Shown here: positions 1 to 7,070 of the stretch, piece by piece
How positions within the stretch are numbered: the stretch's first letter is position 1
Layout of the letters: each line of letters begins with the position of its first letter
Assembly: GCA_044352465.1 (NCBI GenBank)
Contig: JBILDU010000050.1
Span: 1-21,488, forward strand
Length of the DNA stretch: 21,488 nt
Direction of reading: 5' to 3'
DNA from: Bdellovibrionota bacterium
GTDB lineage: Bacteria > Bdellovibrionota_C > UBA2361
Made by a program: the position numbers and the translations under genes
Notes under the pieces: generated by a model
What the model was told of the DNA's origin: nothing
The model's database searches: none
What the model saw: the letters and a program-made list of their open reading frames with translations, nothing else

Positions 1-1
1 G

Positions 2-976
2 CCAGGGGAGCTGAAAGATGTCGAACGGATCGTCCTCGTGGCGTGTGGGACGGCGTGGCATGCCTGCTTGGTGGCGAAGTTCTACATCGAAGCGTTCGCC
101 GGTATTCCCTGTGAGGTCGACTACGCTTCCGAGTTCCGCTATCGCCCCCAGGTGTTTAATGCGCGCTCACTCGTTATTGCGGTTTCCCAGTCGGGTGAAA
201 CCGCGGACACACTGCAGGCGCTGGAGCTCGCTGGCACGAAGGCAAAGACCCTCGCTATTTGTAACGTGCTGGGCTCCTCGATTGCGCGCAAAGCCCAACA
301 CGTCATGTTTACCCATGCCGGGCCCGAGATCAGCGTTGCGTCAACGAAGGCGTTTACGACCCAATTGACCGCCGCGTATATGCTCGCGATCTATATCGCG
401 CAAGAGCGGGGGACGCTCGATCCCGACACAACGCAGCGGCTTCTCGCCGATCTCGTCAAGCTGCCCGCGGCGCTCGAGGAGACGCTTAAGACCGGTAAAA
501 AAGTGGAGAAGATCGCCGCGAAGTTCCATCAGGCGAGCGACTTTCTCTTTCTCGGTCGAGGGGTGTGTTACCCCATCGCTCTCGAGGGAGCGTTAAAATT
601 GAAAGAGATCTCGTATATCCATGCAGAGGGGTATCCTGCTGGAGAAATGAAACACGGTCCTATCGCTCTCATCGATGAGAAGATGCCGGTTGTCGTCGTC
701 TTGCAGCGTTCTCGTGAGATCTTCGACAAAACGTTGTCGAACCTTAAAGAGGTCGAGTCGCGAGGGGGGCGGATCATCGCTATCACCGATTCGGTCGGTC
801 ACCCGGAGCTTCAGGCGGTGGCTGAGGCGGTAATCGAGGTGCCACACATCTCAGAGTATCTCAGTCCTCTCCTGCTCACCGTACCGATGCAGTTTCTCGC
901 TTACAGCGTTGCGGTGCTCAACGGTACCGATGTCGACCTGCCGCGGAATCTCGCGAAGAGTGTGACGGTAGAGTAG
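2..976 (+). CDS. glmS: Glutamine--fructose-6-phosphate aminotransferase, isomerase (SIS) domains; 5'-truncated by the window edge
   Basis: Frame is open from position 2 (PGELKDVERIVLVACGTAWHA). Motifs ASEFRYR, SQSGETADT, AGPEISVASTKAFT, ALEGALKLKEISYIHAEGYPAGEMKHGP and the C-terminal PRNLAKSVTVE are present. Confidence 0.98.
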   Translation, partial: PGELKDVERIVLVACGTAWHACLVAKFYIEAFAGIPCEVDYASEFRYRPQVFNARSLVIAVSQSGETADTLQALELAGTKAKTLAICNVLGSSIARKAQHVMFTHAGPEISVASTKAFTTQLTAAYMLAIYIAQERGTLDPDTTQRLLADLVKLPAALEETLKTGKKVEKIAAKFHQASDFLFLGRGVCYPIALEGALKLKEISYIHAEGYPAGEMKHGPIALIDEKMPVVVVLQRSREIFDKTLSNLKEVESRGGRIIAITDSVGHPELQAVAEAVIEVPHISEYLSPLLLTVPMQFLAYSVAVLNGTDVDLPRNLAKSVTVE

Positions 977-1005
977 GGCTCTAGCCCCACACGCGCCCAA
1001 CCGGG
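941..1005 (+). other. attTn7-type site at the glmS 3' end, apparently unoccupied
   Basis: Established: TnsD recognises the last codons of glmS (PRNLAKSVTVE, 941-976) and Tn7 inserts about 25 bp after the stop. No Tn7 end or tns genes are seen downstream. Confidence 0.5.
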
Positions 1006-1204
1006 GGACGCTTTTGGGCGAGCTGGTCGTCTTGCTCGGTCTTCTCTTCAATCGTACTCGTGGGCGACGACCGAGCAGCCGTTCGATCGGTGTGGTGGAG
1101 ATTCCAATTCGCTAAAGCCATGTTTTCCCTCGCTTATTCTTGGCGCACTACTTTAACTAAGTTAAAATAAGCAGTAATTTCGACAGGTTGGCTGATTTTT
1201 GCAG

Positions 1205-1233
1205 TTGACCGTTCGTTGCGTATCCTCGATAGT
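1205..1233 (+). promoter_or_regulatory. Putative sigma70 promoter of the mraZ operon
   Basis: TTGACC (1205-1210), 17-nt spacer, GATAGT (1228-1233). The -10 overlaps the first MraZ box. Confidence 0.55.
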
Positions 1234-1270
1234 GGGAAATCTGGGGGCAGAGTGGCAAATAGTGGCACTT
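1231..1270 (+). promoter_or_regulatory. MraZ-binding direct repeats (dcw boxes)
   Basis: Four units with 10-bp period: AGTGGGAAAT, CTGGGGGCAG (degenerate), AGTGGCAAAT, AGTGGCACTT. This matches the GTGG(G) repeats known upstream of mraZ. Confidence 0.8.
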
Positions 1271-1290
1271 TGTTCCCTAAATGTGACCTG

Positions 1291-1303
1291 TAAGCATTTG
1301 ATT
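1291..1303 (-). promoter_or_regulatory. Possible IHF binding site
   Basis: Minus strand reads AATCAA-ATGC-TTA, an exact match to the WATCAA-N4-TTR consensus, ending 5 bp before the mraZ ATG. Confidence 0.4.
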
Positions 1304-1307
1304 TTAC

Positions 1308-1823
1308 ATGGCTGGTGATAAGTTCATCCATCCAGGTGGGGCGCACCCCCCGCAAGAGACACCGACTCCGGCGTATCGGGGAAGTTTTACCCACACGGTT
1401 GATGAGAAAGGTCGGGTGTCCCTTCCGGCAGAGTTTCGGCGGGTCCTTGAGGAACAAGGGGAGGAGCGGGTCGTCATCACGAACTACATCTCGGAGGGGG
1501 CCCGGTGCCTCGAGGGGTTTGGGATTACCGCGTGGGAGCGATTCGAGATGAAGCTCCGTGAGAAGAGTCGGTTTAGCGCGAAGCTCCAACGGCTTGAGAA
1601 CTTTTATCTGAGCCGCGCTACGGAGTGCCCGATCGACGGGAGTGGGCGAATCTTACTGCCAACGAATCTCCGTAGCTACGCCGGCATCGAGCGGGAGATC
1701 ACCTTCACGTCGTCCATCCACGGGTTCCGTTTGTGGGACAAGCGGGTGTGGGACGTTATCTTTGCGGCGGCTGAGCAAGCGCTGATGCGTTCGCCCGATC
1801 TTTTTGCGGAGCTTGATATCTAA
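1308..1823 (+). CDS. mraZ: Division/cell wall cluster transcriptional repressor MraZ
   Basis: Two SpoVT-AbrB-like repeats (YRGSFTHTVDEKGRVSLPAEFR; ECPIDGSGRILLP). Located first in the dcw cluster. Has a ~20-aa N-terminal extension, so the start is somewhat uncertain. Confidence 0.95.
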   Translation: MAGDKFIHPGGAHPPQETPTPAYRGSFTHTVDEKGRVSLPAEFRRVLEEQGEERVVITNYISEGARCLEGFGITAWERFEMKLREKSRFSAKLQRLENFYLSRATECPIDGSGRILLPTNLRSYAGIEREITFTSSIHGFRLWDKRVWDVIFAAAEQALMRSPDLFAELDI

Positions 1824-1824
1824 G

Positions 1825-2748
1825 ATGGTCGAGGGGAGTCAGCATATCTCGGTACTCAAGCGCGAGGTCGTGGAGCTTCTGGAGGCTGCACGTGGGGGAG
1901 ACTACCTCGATTGCACCCTCGGTGGTGCGGGCCACGCCCGGGCCATACTGGACGCGTCCTCCGCGACAACGGTGTGCGCAGTGGATCGTGATGCGCGAGC
2001 GATCGCTCGGGCGAAAGCAGGGCTGGTGGATTTCGGTGGGCGTTTCCAGGTTGAGCACGGTGTCTTCTCTGAAGTAGGGACGCTCTTCGCGGGGCGGACC
2101 TTTGACGGCATCCTGGCGGATCTCGGTCTATCAACCGATCAGCTCAAAGAGGGGCGGGGTTTTGCTTTTAGCGAGGAAGCGCCTCTCGATATGCGGATGA
2201 ATGAGGGAGATGCGCTGACCGCACATGAGATCGTGAACTCTTCAAGTGAGCACGAGCTCTTCGTGACACTCCGTCAAGGCGGAGTTGGTCCAGAGGCGAA
2301 AGCGATCGCTCGGGCTATCGTCAAGGCGCGCCCGGTCGAGACAACCAGGGCGCTCGCGGAACTCGTTGTGCGCACGGTGCCGTCCAACCGCAGTCGGGCG
2401 GGGGATAAGCGGAGTCATCCAGCGACCGTGACGTTTCAGGCTCTCCGTATCGCCGTTAACGATGAGTTCGGTGAGATCGAGCGGCTTCTCGCGGCGATTC
2501 CAACGCTGATGAAATCGGGGGGGCGCACCGCCATTATCACGTTTCACTCGCTTGAGGACAAAATCGTTACGGAGACGATGCGTCGTTGGGAGGGCGGAGG
2601 GGAATTCTCAGCTCAATGGCCGGGTGCGTTTCGTCAGGAGATCTTTGGGCGACTCGTGACGCGGAAGCCGGTGGTGCCGTCTGCTGAAGAGGTGGCGCGC
2701 AATCCCAGTTCGCGGAGCGCGCGGTTGAGGGTATTTCGATTTAACTGA
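1825..2748 (+). CDS. rsmH: 16S rRNA m4C1402 methyltransferase RsmH (MraW)
   Basis: ATG 1 nt after the mraZ stop. Motifs HISVL, DCTLGGAGHA, DRD, DLGLS..QL, PLDMRM, HPAT.TFQALRIAVN, ITFHSLEDKIV, NPSSRSARLR. Confidence 0.96.
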   Translation: MVEGSQHISVLKREVVELLEAARGGDYLDCTLGGAGHARAILDASSATTVCAVDRDARAIARAKAGLVDFGGRFQVEHGVFSEVGTLFAGRTFDGILADLGLSTDQLKEGRGFAFSEEAPLDMRMNEGDALTAHEIVNSSSEHELFVTLRQGGVGPEAKAIARAIVKARPVETTRALAELVVRTVPSNRSRAGDKRSHPATVTFQALRIAVNDEFGEIERLLAAIPTLMKSGGRTAIITFHSLEDKIVTETMRRWEGGGEFSAQWPGAFRQEIFGRLVTRKPVVPSAEEVARNPSSRSARLRVFRFN

Positions 2749-2759
2749 AGAGGTTTGTC

Positions 2760-3080
2760 ATGGCGGTTTGTCTCGATTATCAACACGTTTACGCGCGGCG
2801 TAGTGCGATCGTGATCTCTGGTCGTCTCCAGGCTGCGACGGTCCTGCTGTTGCTCTGTGCGTTTGCTGGCAAGGTGTGGCTCTCCAATCGGAGCACCGAC
2901 CTCGGCTACCAACTGGCCCGCGAGCAGAGCCGGACGGTGGAACTCGATATGAAACGGCGCGAGTTAGAGCTCGAACTCTCGGTGCTGATGCGCCCAGATA
3001 CCCTCACGAAAGCGGCTCGCAAGAGCCTCGGACTTTTACCTCTCAACCCCGCCCAAGCGCGACGGATGTCTTATGAGTAG
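2760..3080 (+). CDS. ftsL: Cell division protein FtsL-like
   Basis: 106 aa with one TM segment (VLLLLCAFAGKVWL), then LGYQL and a leucine-rich coiled coil ending in P..L.K.ARKSLGL. Lies between rsmH and ftsI, with GAGG upstream. Confidence 0.85.
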   Translation: MAVCLDYQHVYARRSAIVISGRLQAATVLLLLCAFAGKVWLSNRSTDLGYQLAREQSRTVELDMKRRELELELSVLMRPDTLTKAARKSLGLLPLNPAQARRMSYE

Positions 3081-3086
3081 GTGTTT

Positions 3087-4904
3087 ATGACAACGCAGCC
3101 CACCCGTCCAACGATGACGAAAGATTACGCCGCAAGCGGAGCATCGCTCAGCGGTGCCGTGTTCAGCGCGCTCAGTCGCCGCTCCCGTCTCGCTATCATC
3201 GGTAGCGCGACGGTGGTGTGGGTCGGCGTCGTCATCGCTCGGTTAGTTTCATTACAGATTTCAGCGAGTAATCGCTGGCAGGATTGGGCGGTGCGGCAAC
3301 ACCTCTCAGAAATCATGGTCGCTTCGGAGCGCGGTCCCATCTATGACCGCAACGATAAATTAATGGCGGTATCCGTTCCGGCGGGGTCGATCTACGTCCG
3401 ACCGAAGCAGGTAAAAGATAAGGAGGGGATCGCGCAAACCTTGGCGAGCACGTTGAAGCTCCCGCTCAAGAGCGTGCGAGCGAAGCTCGATTCAACGAAG
3501 CCGTTTGTATGGATCGAGCGCCAGTTGCCCCGTCCTTTGGCAGATAAAGTCGAGGCAATGAAGCTTCCCGGGGTCGGGCTCGTCGTTGAATCGAAACGTT
3601 TCTACCCCTACAACCACGCCGCCAGCACGCTTATCGGGCGGGTGGGAGTCGATGGATTCGGCCTCTCCGGTATTGAGGGTGCCTTCGATAAGAAGCTCCA
3701 AGGGGAGCATCAACGGTTGCAGCTTCGTCGTGACGCGCTCGGTAACTTTATTGATGTCAGCGCAGCGGGCGCCACCGAGTTGCCGCGCGGTGAGCCGCTC
3801 CGGCTTACCATCGACGCAGCGCTCCAGACTATCGTTGACGAAGAGCTCATGGAGGGCCGGGAAAAAGCGAATGCGAAGCACGCCATGGCGGTGATGCTCG
3901 ATGCGGAAACCGGAGAGATTCTGGCGATGAGTCAGGCACCGGGGGTGAATTTTAACAACAAGCTGCCGGGGGGTACGAAGAGCGATCTGAAGAACCTGAT
4001 CCTTGAGACGGTCTTTGAGCCGGGTTCAATCATGAAGCCGATCGTTGCGGCAGCCGCACTCGATGCTGGGGTTGCGCGAGCGACTGATCTTGTTGACTGC
4101 GAGAACGGGCGGCTCCGTTTCGGACCACACACGATTAAAGACGTGCATCCCTCGGGAATTATCTCCATCCACGACGTGGTGGTGCGTTCATCGAATATCG
4201 GTATGACGAAAATCGGAGTGAAGCTTGGAGAGGAACGGCTCTACCGATCCCTCCGCAATTTCGGTTTCGGCGAACTTTCCGGTCTCGGGTTGGGTGGGGA
4301 GTCGGCGGGGATCCTACGCCCCATTTCCGCATGGGCCAAAGTCGATGTGGCGACGCATTCGTTTGGGCAAGGTATTGCGGTCACACCGCTCCAAATGGTG
4401 CGGGCTATTTCGGCCATCGCGAATGGCGGACGGCTCCCGAGTCTTCACCTCTTAGCGGATAACACCGAGGTAACCCTGCGCCGGGTGCTCTCCGAGTCGG
4501 CAGCCCGCGAATCGCGGGAAATGATGTTCGGCGTGGTCGAGGACGAACACGGTACCGGGTCGAATGCGCTCATTCGCGGTGTGCGGGTCGGTGGTAAGAC
4601 CGGCACCGCGCAAAAAGCTCGGGCCAATGGGCGGGGATATGAGCCCGGCTCGTACATCGCTTCGTTTGTTGGGTTTGCCGATGGTGCCCCAATCGGCGTG
4701 AATAGAATTTTAAGCCTCGTCGTTGCGGTTGATGAACCTCGGACCACCTCGATCTATGGCGGCACCCTGGCCGCTCCGGTTTTTCAGCGAATTATGCAAC
4801 GAAGCCTCCATTTCCTCGCGACTCGACAAGATATTCATCCACGCGAGGTGGTCCCTGTCAGCGGTGGGGCGCGGCTTGCTCACGCCTCGTGGGAGAGACC
4901 GTAG
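3087..4904 (+). CDS. ftsI: Class B penicillin-binding protein FtsI/PBP3 (no PASTA domain evident)
   Basis: N-terminal TM, RGPIYDRN, and catalytic motifs SxxK (EPGSIMKP), SxN (SSNIG) and KTG (GKTGTAQK). Start could be 3081, 3087 or 3114. Confidence 0.93.
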   Translation: MTTQPTRPTMTKDYAASGASLSGAVFSALSRRSRLAIIGSATVVWVGVVIARLVSLQISASNRWQDWAVRQHLSEIMVASERGPIYDRNDKLMAVSVPAGSIYVRPKQVKDKEGIAQTLASTLKLPLKSVRAKLDSTKPFVWIERQLPRPLADKVEAMKLPGVGLVVESKRFYPYNHAASTLIGRVGVDGFGLSGIEGAFDKKLQGEHQRLQLRRDALGNFIDVSAAGATELPRGEPLRLTIDAALQTIVDEELMEGREKANAKHAMAVMLDAETGEILAMSQAPGVNFNNKLPGGTKSDLKNLILETVFEPGSIMKPIVAAAALDAGVARATDLVDCENGRLRFGPHTIKDVHPSGIISIHDVVVRSSNIGMTKIGVKLGEERLYRSLRNFGFGELSGLGLGGESAGILRPISAWAKVDVATHSFGQGIAVTPLQMVRAISAIANGGRLPSLHLLADNTEVTLRRVLSESAARESREMMFGVVEDEHGTGSNALIRGVRVGGKTGTAQKARANGRGYEPGSYIASFVGFADGAPIGVNRILSLVVAVDEPRTTSIYGGTLAAPVFQRIMQRSLHFLATRQDIHPREVVPVSGGARLAHASWERP

Positions 4905-5180
4905 CGCGTGTCGGCGCGAGGGATGGACGCGGTGTTTCGTTCGAGTCCTCTGCGTGGTAAAGAGTGAAATCCGGTTGGAGTCGATGGACACACTACCGCG
5001 AGTGGTGCCCGCTATGGCGCGGCGCGCGCGAGAGCTCACGAGCAACCGGAGAGAGGGGTGAGGCGGGGCTCGGTTCAAGCGGCGCGCGTTGTCGACAGGG
5101 GCAGGTCTTCGTCCTTCGACCGACCGACGCGGCTGAAGGAGGCCGACGTTTAAAACCAGTTGTAGCGGGACATAAGCTCT

Positions 5181-6281
5181 ATGGGTGGTAATTCCTTTGG
5201 GGGGCTTTTTCGAATAACGACCTTTGGCGAGTCGCACGGGGAAGCTTTGGGTGTTGTCGTCGATGGCTGTCCGGCTGGTCTTGAGCTGGCGGTCGCTGAT
5301 ATCCAACCGGAACTCGACCGGCGTCGTCCAGGTCAGAGCGGTATCACCACGTCTCGGGGAGAGGGGGATGTCGTTGAGATCCTTTCGGGCGTTTTCGAGG
5401 GAAGAACGACCGGCGCACCGATCGCGCTCCTCATCCGAAATAAAGACGCGGCTCCGGGTGATTACATTCACTTAAAAGATTTGTATCGCCCCTCACACGC
5501 CGATTTCACCTACGCAGAGAAGTACGGTGTGCGTGATTGGCGGGGAAGTGGCCGTGCCTCCGCGCGTGAGACGGTAGCGCGGGTCGCTGCAGGTGCGGTA
5601 GCTAAGAAAGCTCTTCAGGTAAGTTGCGGTGTGGAGATCCTCGCGTTTGTTTCCCAGGTAGAGGATCTCGTGGCGACCGTTGATACGAGGAGTGTGACGC
5701 TGGCGGAGGTCGAGAAAAATCTTGTCCGGTGTCCCGATACCGCTGTGGCGCAGCGTATGCTTGAGCGGATCGAGGCTGTCAGGGCCGCAGGGGACTCGGT
5801 TGGTGGTGTGGTGAGCTGTGTCATCCGGAACGCACCGGTCGGGCTCGGGGAGCCGGTTTTCGATAAGCTGCACGCTGACCTCGCAAAAGCGATGCTCAGT
5901 ATCAATGCGGTGAAGGGGTTCGAAATAGGGGAGGGGTTTCGCGCTGCAGCGATGCGGGGCAGCGCTCACAACGACCCGTTCGTGAAAACCCCCCAAGGGG
6001 TGCGGCCTGCGACAAATCGGTCGGGTGGTGTTTTGGGCGGGATCTCGACGGGTGAACCGATTGAGTTTCGAGTGGCGTTCAAGCCGGTAGCCACCATCAA
6101 GATGGCGCAGGACACGACGACAGCGACTGGTGAGGGAGTCACCCTCGAGGCCCGCGGACGCCACGATCCATGCGTGGTGCCTCGGGCGGTGCCGATCGTC
6201 GAGGCGATGGCAGCGCTCGTTCTTTTGGATCAATACCTCCGCGCCCGTGCCTCGGCACGGCTGTTTTCCCCTGGTGCCTAG
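5181..6281 (+). CDS. aroC: Chorismate synthase
   Basis: [72 protein letters not shown]. Confidence 0.98.
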   Translation: MGGNSFGGLFRITTFGESHGEALGVVVDGCPAGLELAVADIQPELDRRRPGQSGITTSRGEGDVVEILSGVFEGRTTGAPIALLIRNKDAAPGDYIHLKDLYRPSHADFTYAEKYGVRDWRGSGRASARETVARVAAGAVAKKALQVSCGVEILAFVSQVEDLVATVDTRSVTLAEVEKNLVRCPDTAVAQRMLERIEAVRAAGDSVGGVVSCVIRNAPVGLGEPVFDKLHADLAKAMLSINAVKGFEIGEGFRAAAMRGSAHNDPFVKTPQGVRPATNRSGGVLGGISTGEPIEFRVAFKPVATIKMAQDTTTATGEGVTLEARGRHDPCVVPRAVPIVEAMAALVLLDQYLRARASARLFSPGA

Positions 6282-6332
6282 GGGGGTTCTTCGTTAAGAC
6301 TGAGGGCGGAGTTTTTTTTGAAAGGAAGCCCC

Positions 6333-6749
6333 ATGCGATATCTCATCATCGGAATATGTCTAGTTTTTGGAATGGTAGGTAACGTGTCAGCAGCTGATAA
6401 AGTCAAAACCGCTTCAGGCCTCGAATACCTCGATAACCAAGTTGGTAGTGGTGCGGAGGCGGTCAAGGGGAAAGCTGTTTCGGTGCATTACACCGGGTGG
6501 CTTGATAGCAACGGGGAGCCGGGCGCTAAGTTCGACAGCTCGGTCGACCGCGGTGAGCCGTTTAACTTCGCTCTTGGGGCCGGTATGGTCATTAAGGGGT
6601 GGGATGAAGGGGTCGCGGGGATGAAAGTTGGGGGTAAGCGGCGGCTCATGATTCCGTCTGAGCTTGGTTATGGTGCGCGTGGCGCCGGTGGTGTCATCCC
6701 CCCGAACGCCAAACTCATCTTTGATGTGGAGCTGTTGGGGGTAAACTAA
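6333..6749 (+). CDS. Exported single-domain FKBP-type peptidyl-prolyl cis-trans isomerase
   Basis: AAGGAAG RBS before ATG 6333. Signal-peptide-like [21 protein letters not shown], then FKBP motifs [47 protein letters not shown]. Confidence 0.95.
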   Translation: MRYLIIGICLVFGMVGNVSAADKVKTASGLEYLDNQVGSGAEAVKGKAVSVHYTGWLDSNGEPGAKFDSSVDRGEPFNFALGAGMVIKGWDEGVAGMKVGGKRRLMIPSELGYGARGAGGVIPPNAKLIFDVELLGVN

Positions 6750-6776
6750 ACTCCGGCGCTCTCGGATGAGCGTAGG

Positions 6777-6821
6777 GACGCCCCGCCGCAGTGCAACGCT
6801 GCGGTGGGGCGTTATGCTTTT
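6777..6821 (+). terminator. Strong hairpin, probable intrinsic terminator after the FKBP gene
   Basis: GACGCCCCGCCGCAGTG-CAA-CGCTGCGGTGGGGCGTT (17 bp including G-U pairs), followed by ATGCTTTT. A smaller hairpin precedes it (GCGCTC/GAGCGT, 6756-6773). Confidence 0.6.
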
Positions 6822-6826
6822 GAAAT

Positions 6827-6955
6827 AGCGCTTTTGAGCCCGGTTCAGCCGGCGAGCTCGGAGTTGGCCGTTCAGGCTGCCCGGCACTCGCAATCGGGCG
6901 GCCTTGGTAAAATCGCCGAGTTCTGCCGTTGCTGGGGGGCATTTTGTTATGCGCT
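6827..6955 (+). ncRNA. Candidate rod-shaped structured RNA, unassigned
   Basis: Six nested helical segments found by eye, several needing G-U pairs (see findings). No known family recognised. Confidence 0.3.
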
Positions 6956-7070
6956 CTTCGTTAAACAGGCTCTGGACCGTCCCGTTTGATAAACCCGTTG
7001 AAATCAGTTAAGAATTTAACGGTCTCCCGGCCCGCCCCTGGGGGAGTTTTACAATCCGAAGTTCAGCCCC

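Noticed and set aside
1059..1100. GTGGGCG and TGTGG segments resembling a Tn7 end downstream of glmS
   Set aside because: Wrong distance from the glmS stop, no repeated TnsB sites, and no transposition genes.
977..1200. RNase P RNA or tRNA upstream of mraZ
   Set aside because: No GAGGAAAGTCC-type RNase P signature, no tRNA cloverleaf, and too little space.
1231..1270. Periodic repeats as a mini CRISPR or iteron array
   Set aside because: A 10-bp period with no spacers, located at the mraZ promoter, is explained by MraZ boxes.
4964..5191. 75-aa ORF between ftsI and aroC as a murE remnant or aromatic leader peptide
   Set aside because: No Mur ligase motifs. The Trp/Tyr codons are scattered, the composition looks non-coding, and it overlaps the aroC start.
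4710..6233. Long minus-strand ORFs 4710-5471 (253 aa) and 5493-6233 (246 aa)
   Set aside because: They lie antisense to ftsI and aroC, have no recognisable motifs, and are Arg/His/Pro-rich as expected of shadow frames in GC-rich DNA.
5066..6857. 17/22-nt similarity between 5066-5087 and 6836-6857, and an identical 11-mer TCCGGTTGGAG at 4970 and 13904
   Set aside because: By rough estimate, matches this strong are expected by chance among these GC-rich intergenic regions. More genomic copies would be needed to call a repeat family.
6860..6915. SRP (4.5S) RNA assignment for the rod structure
   Set aside because: The conserved CAGG..GNRA..AGCAG domain IV pattern is not present on either strand.
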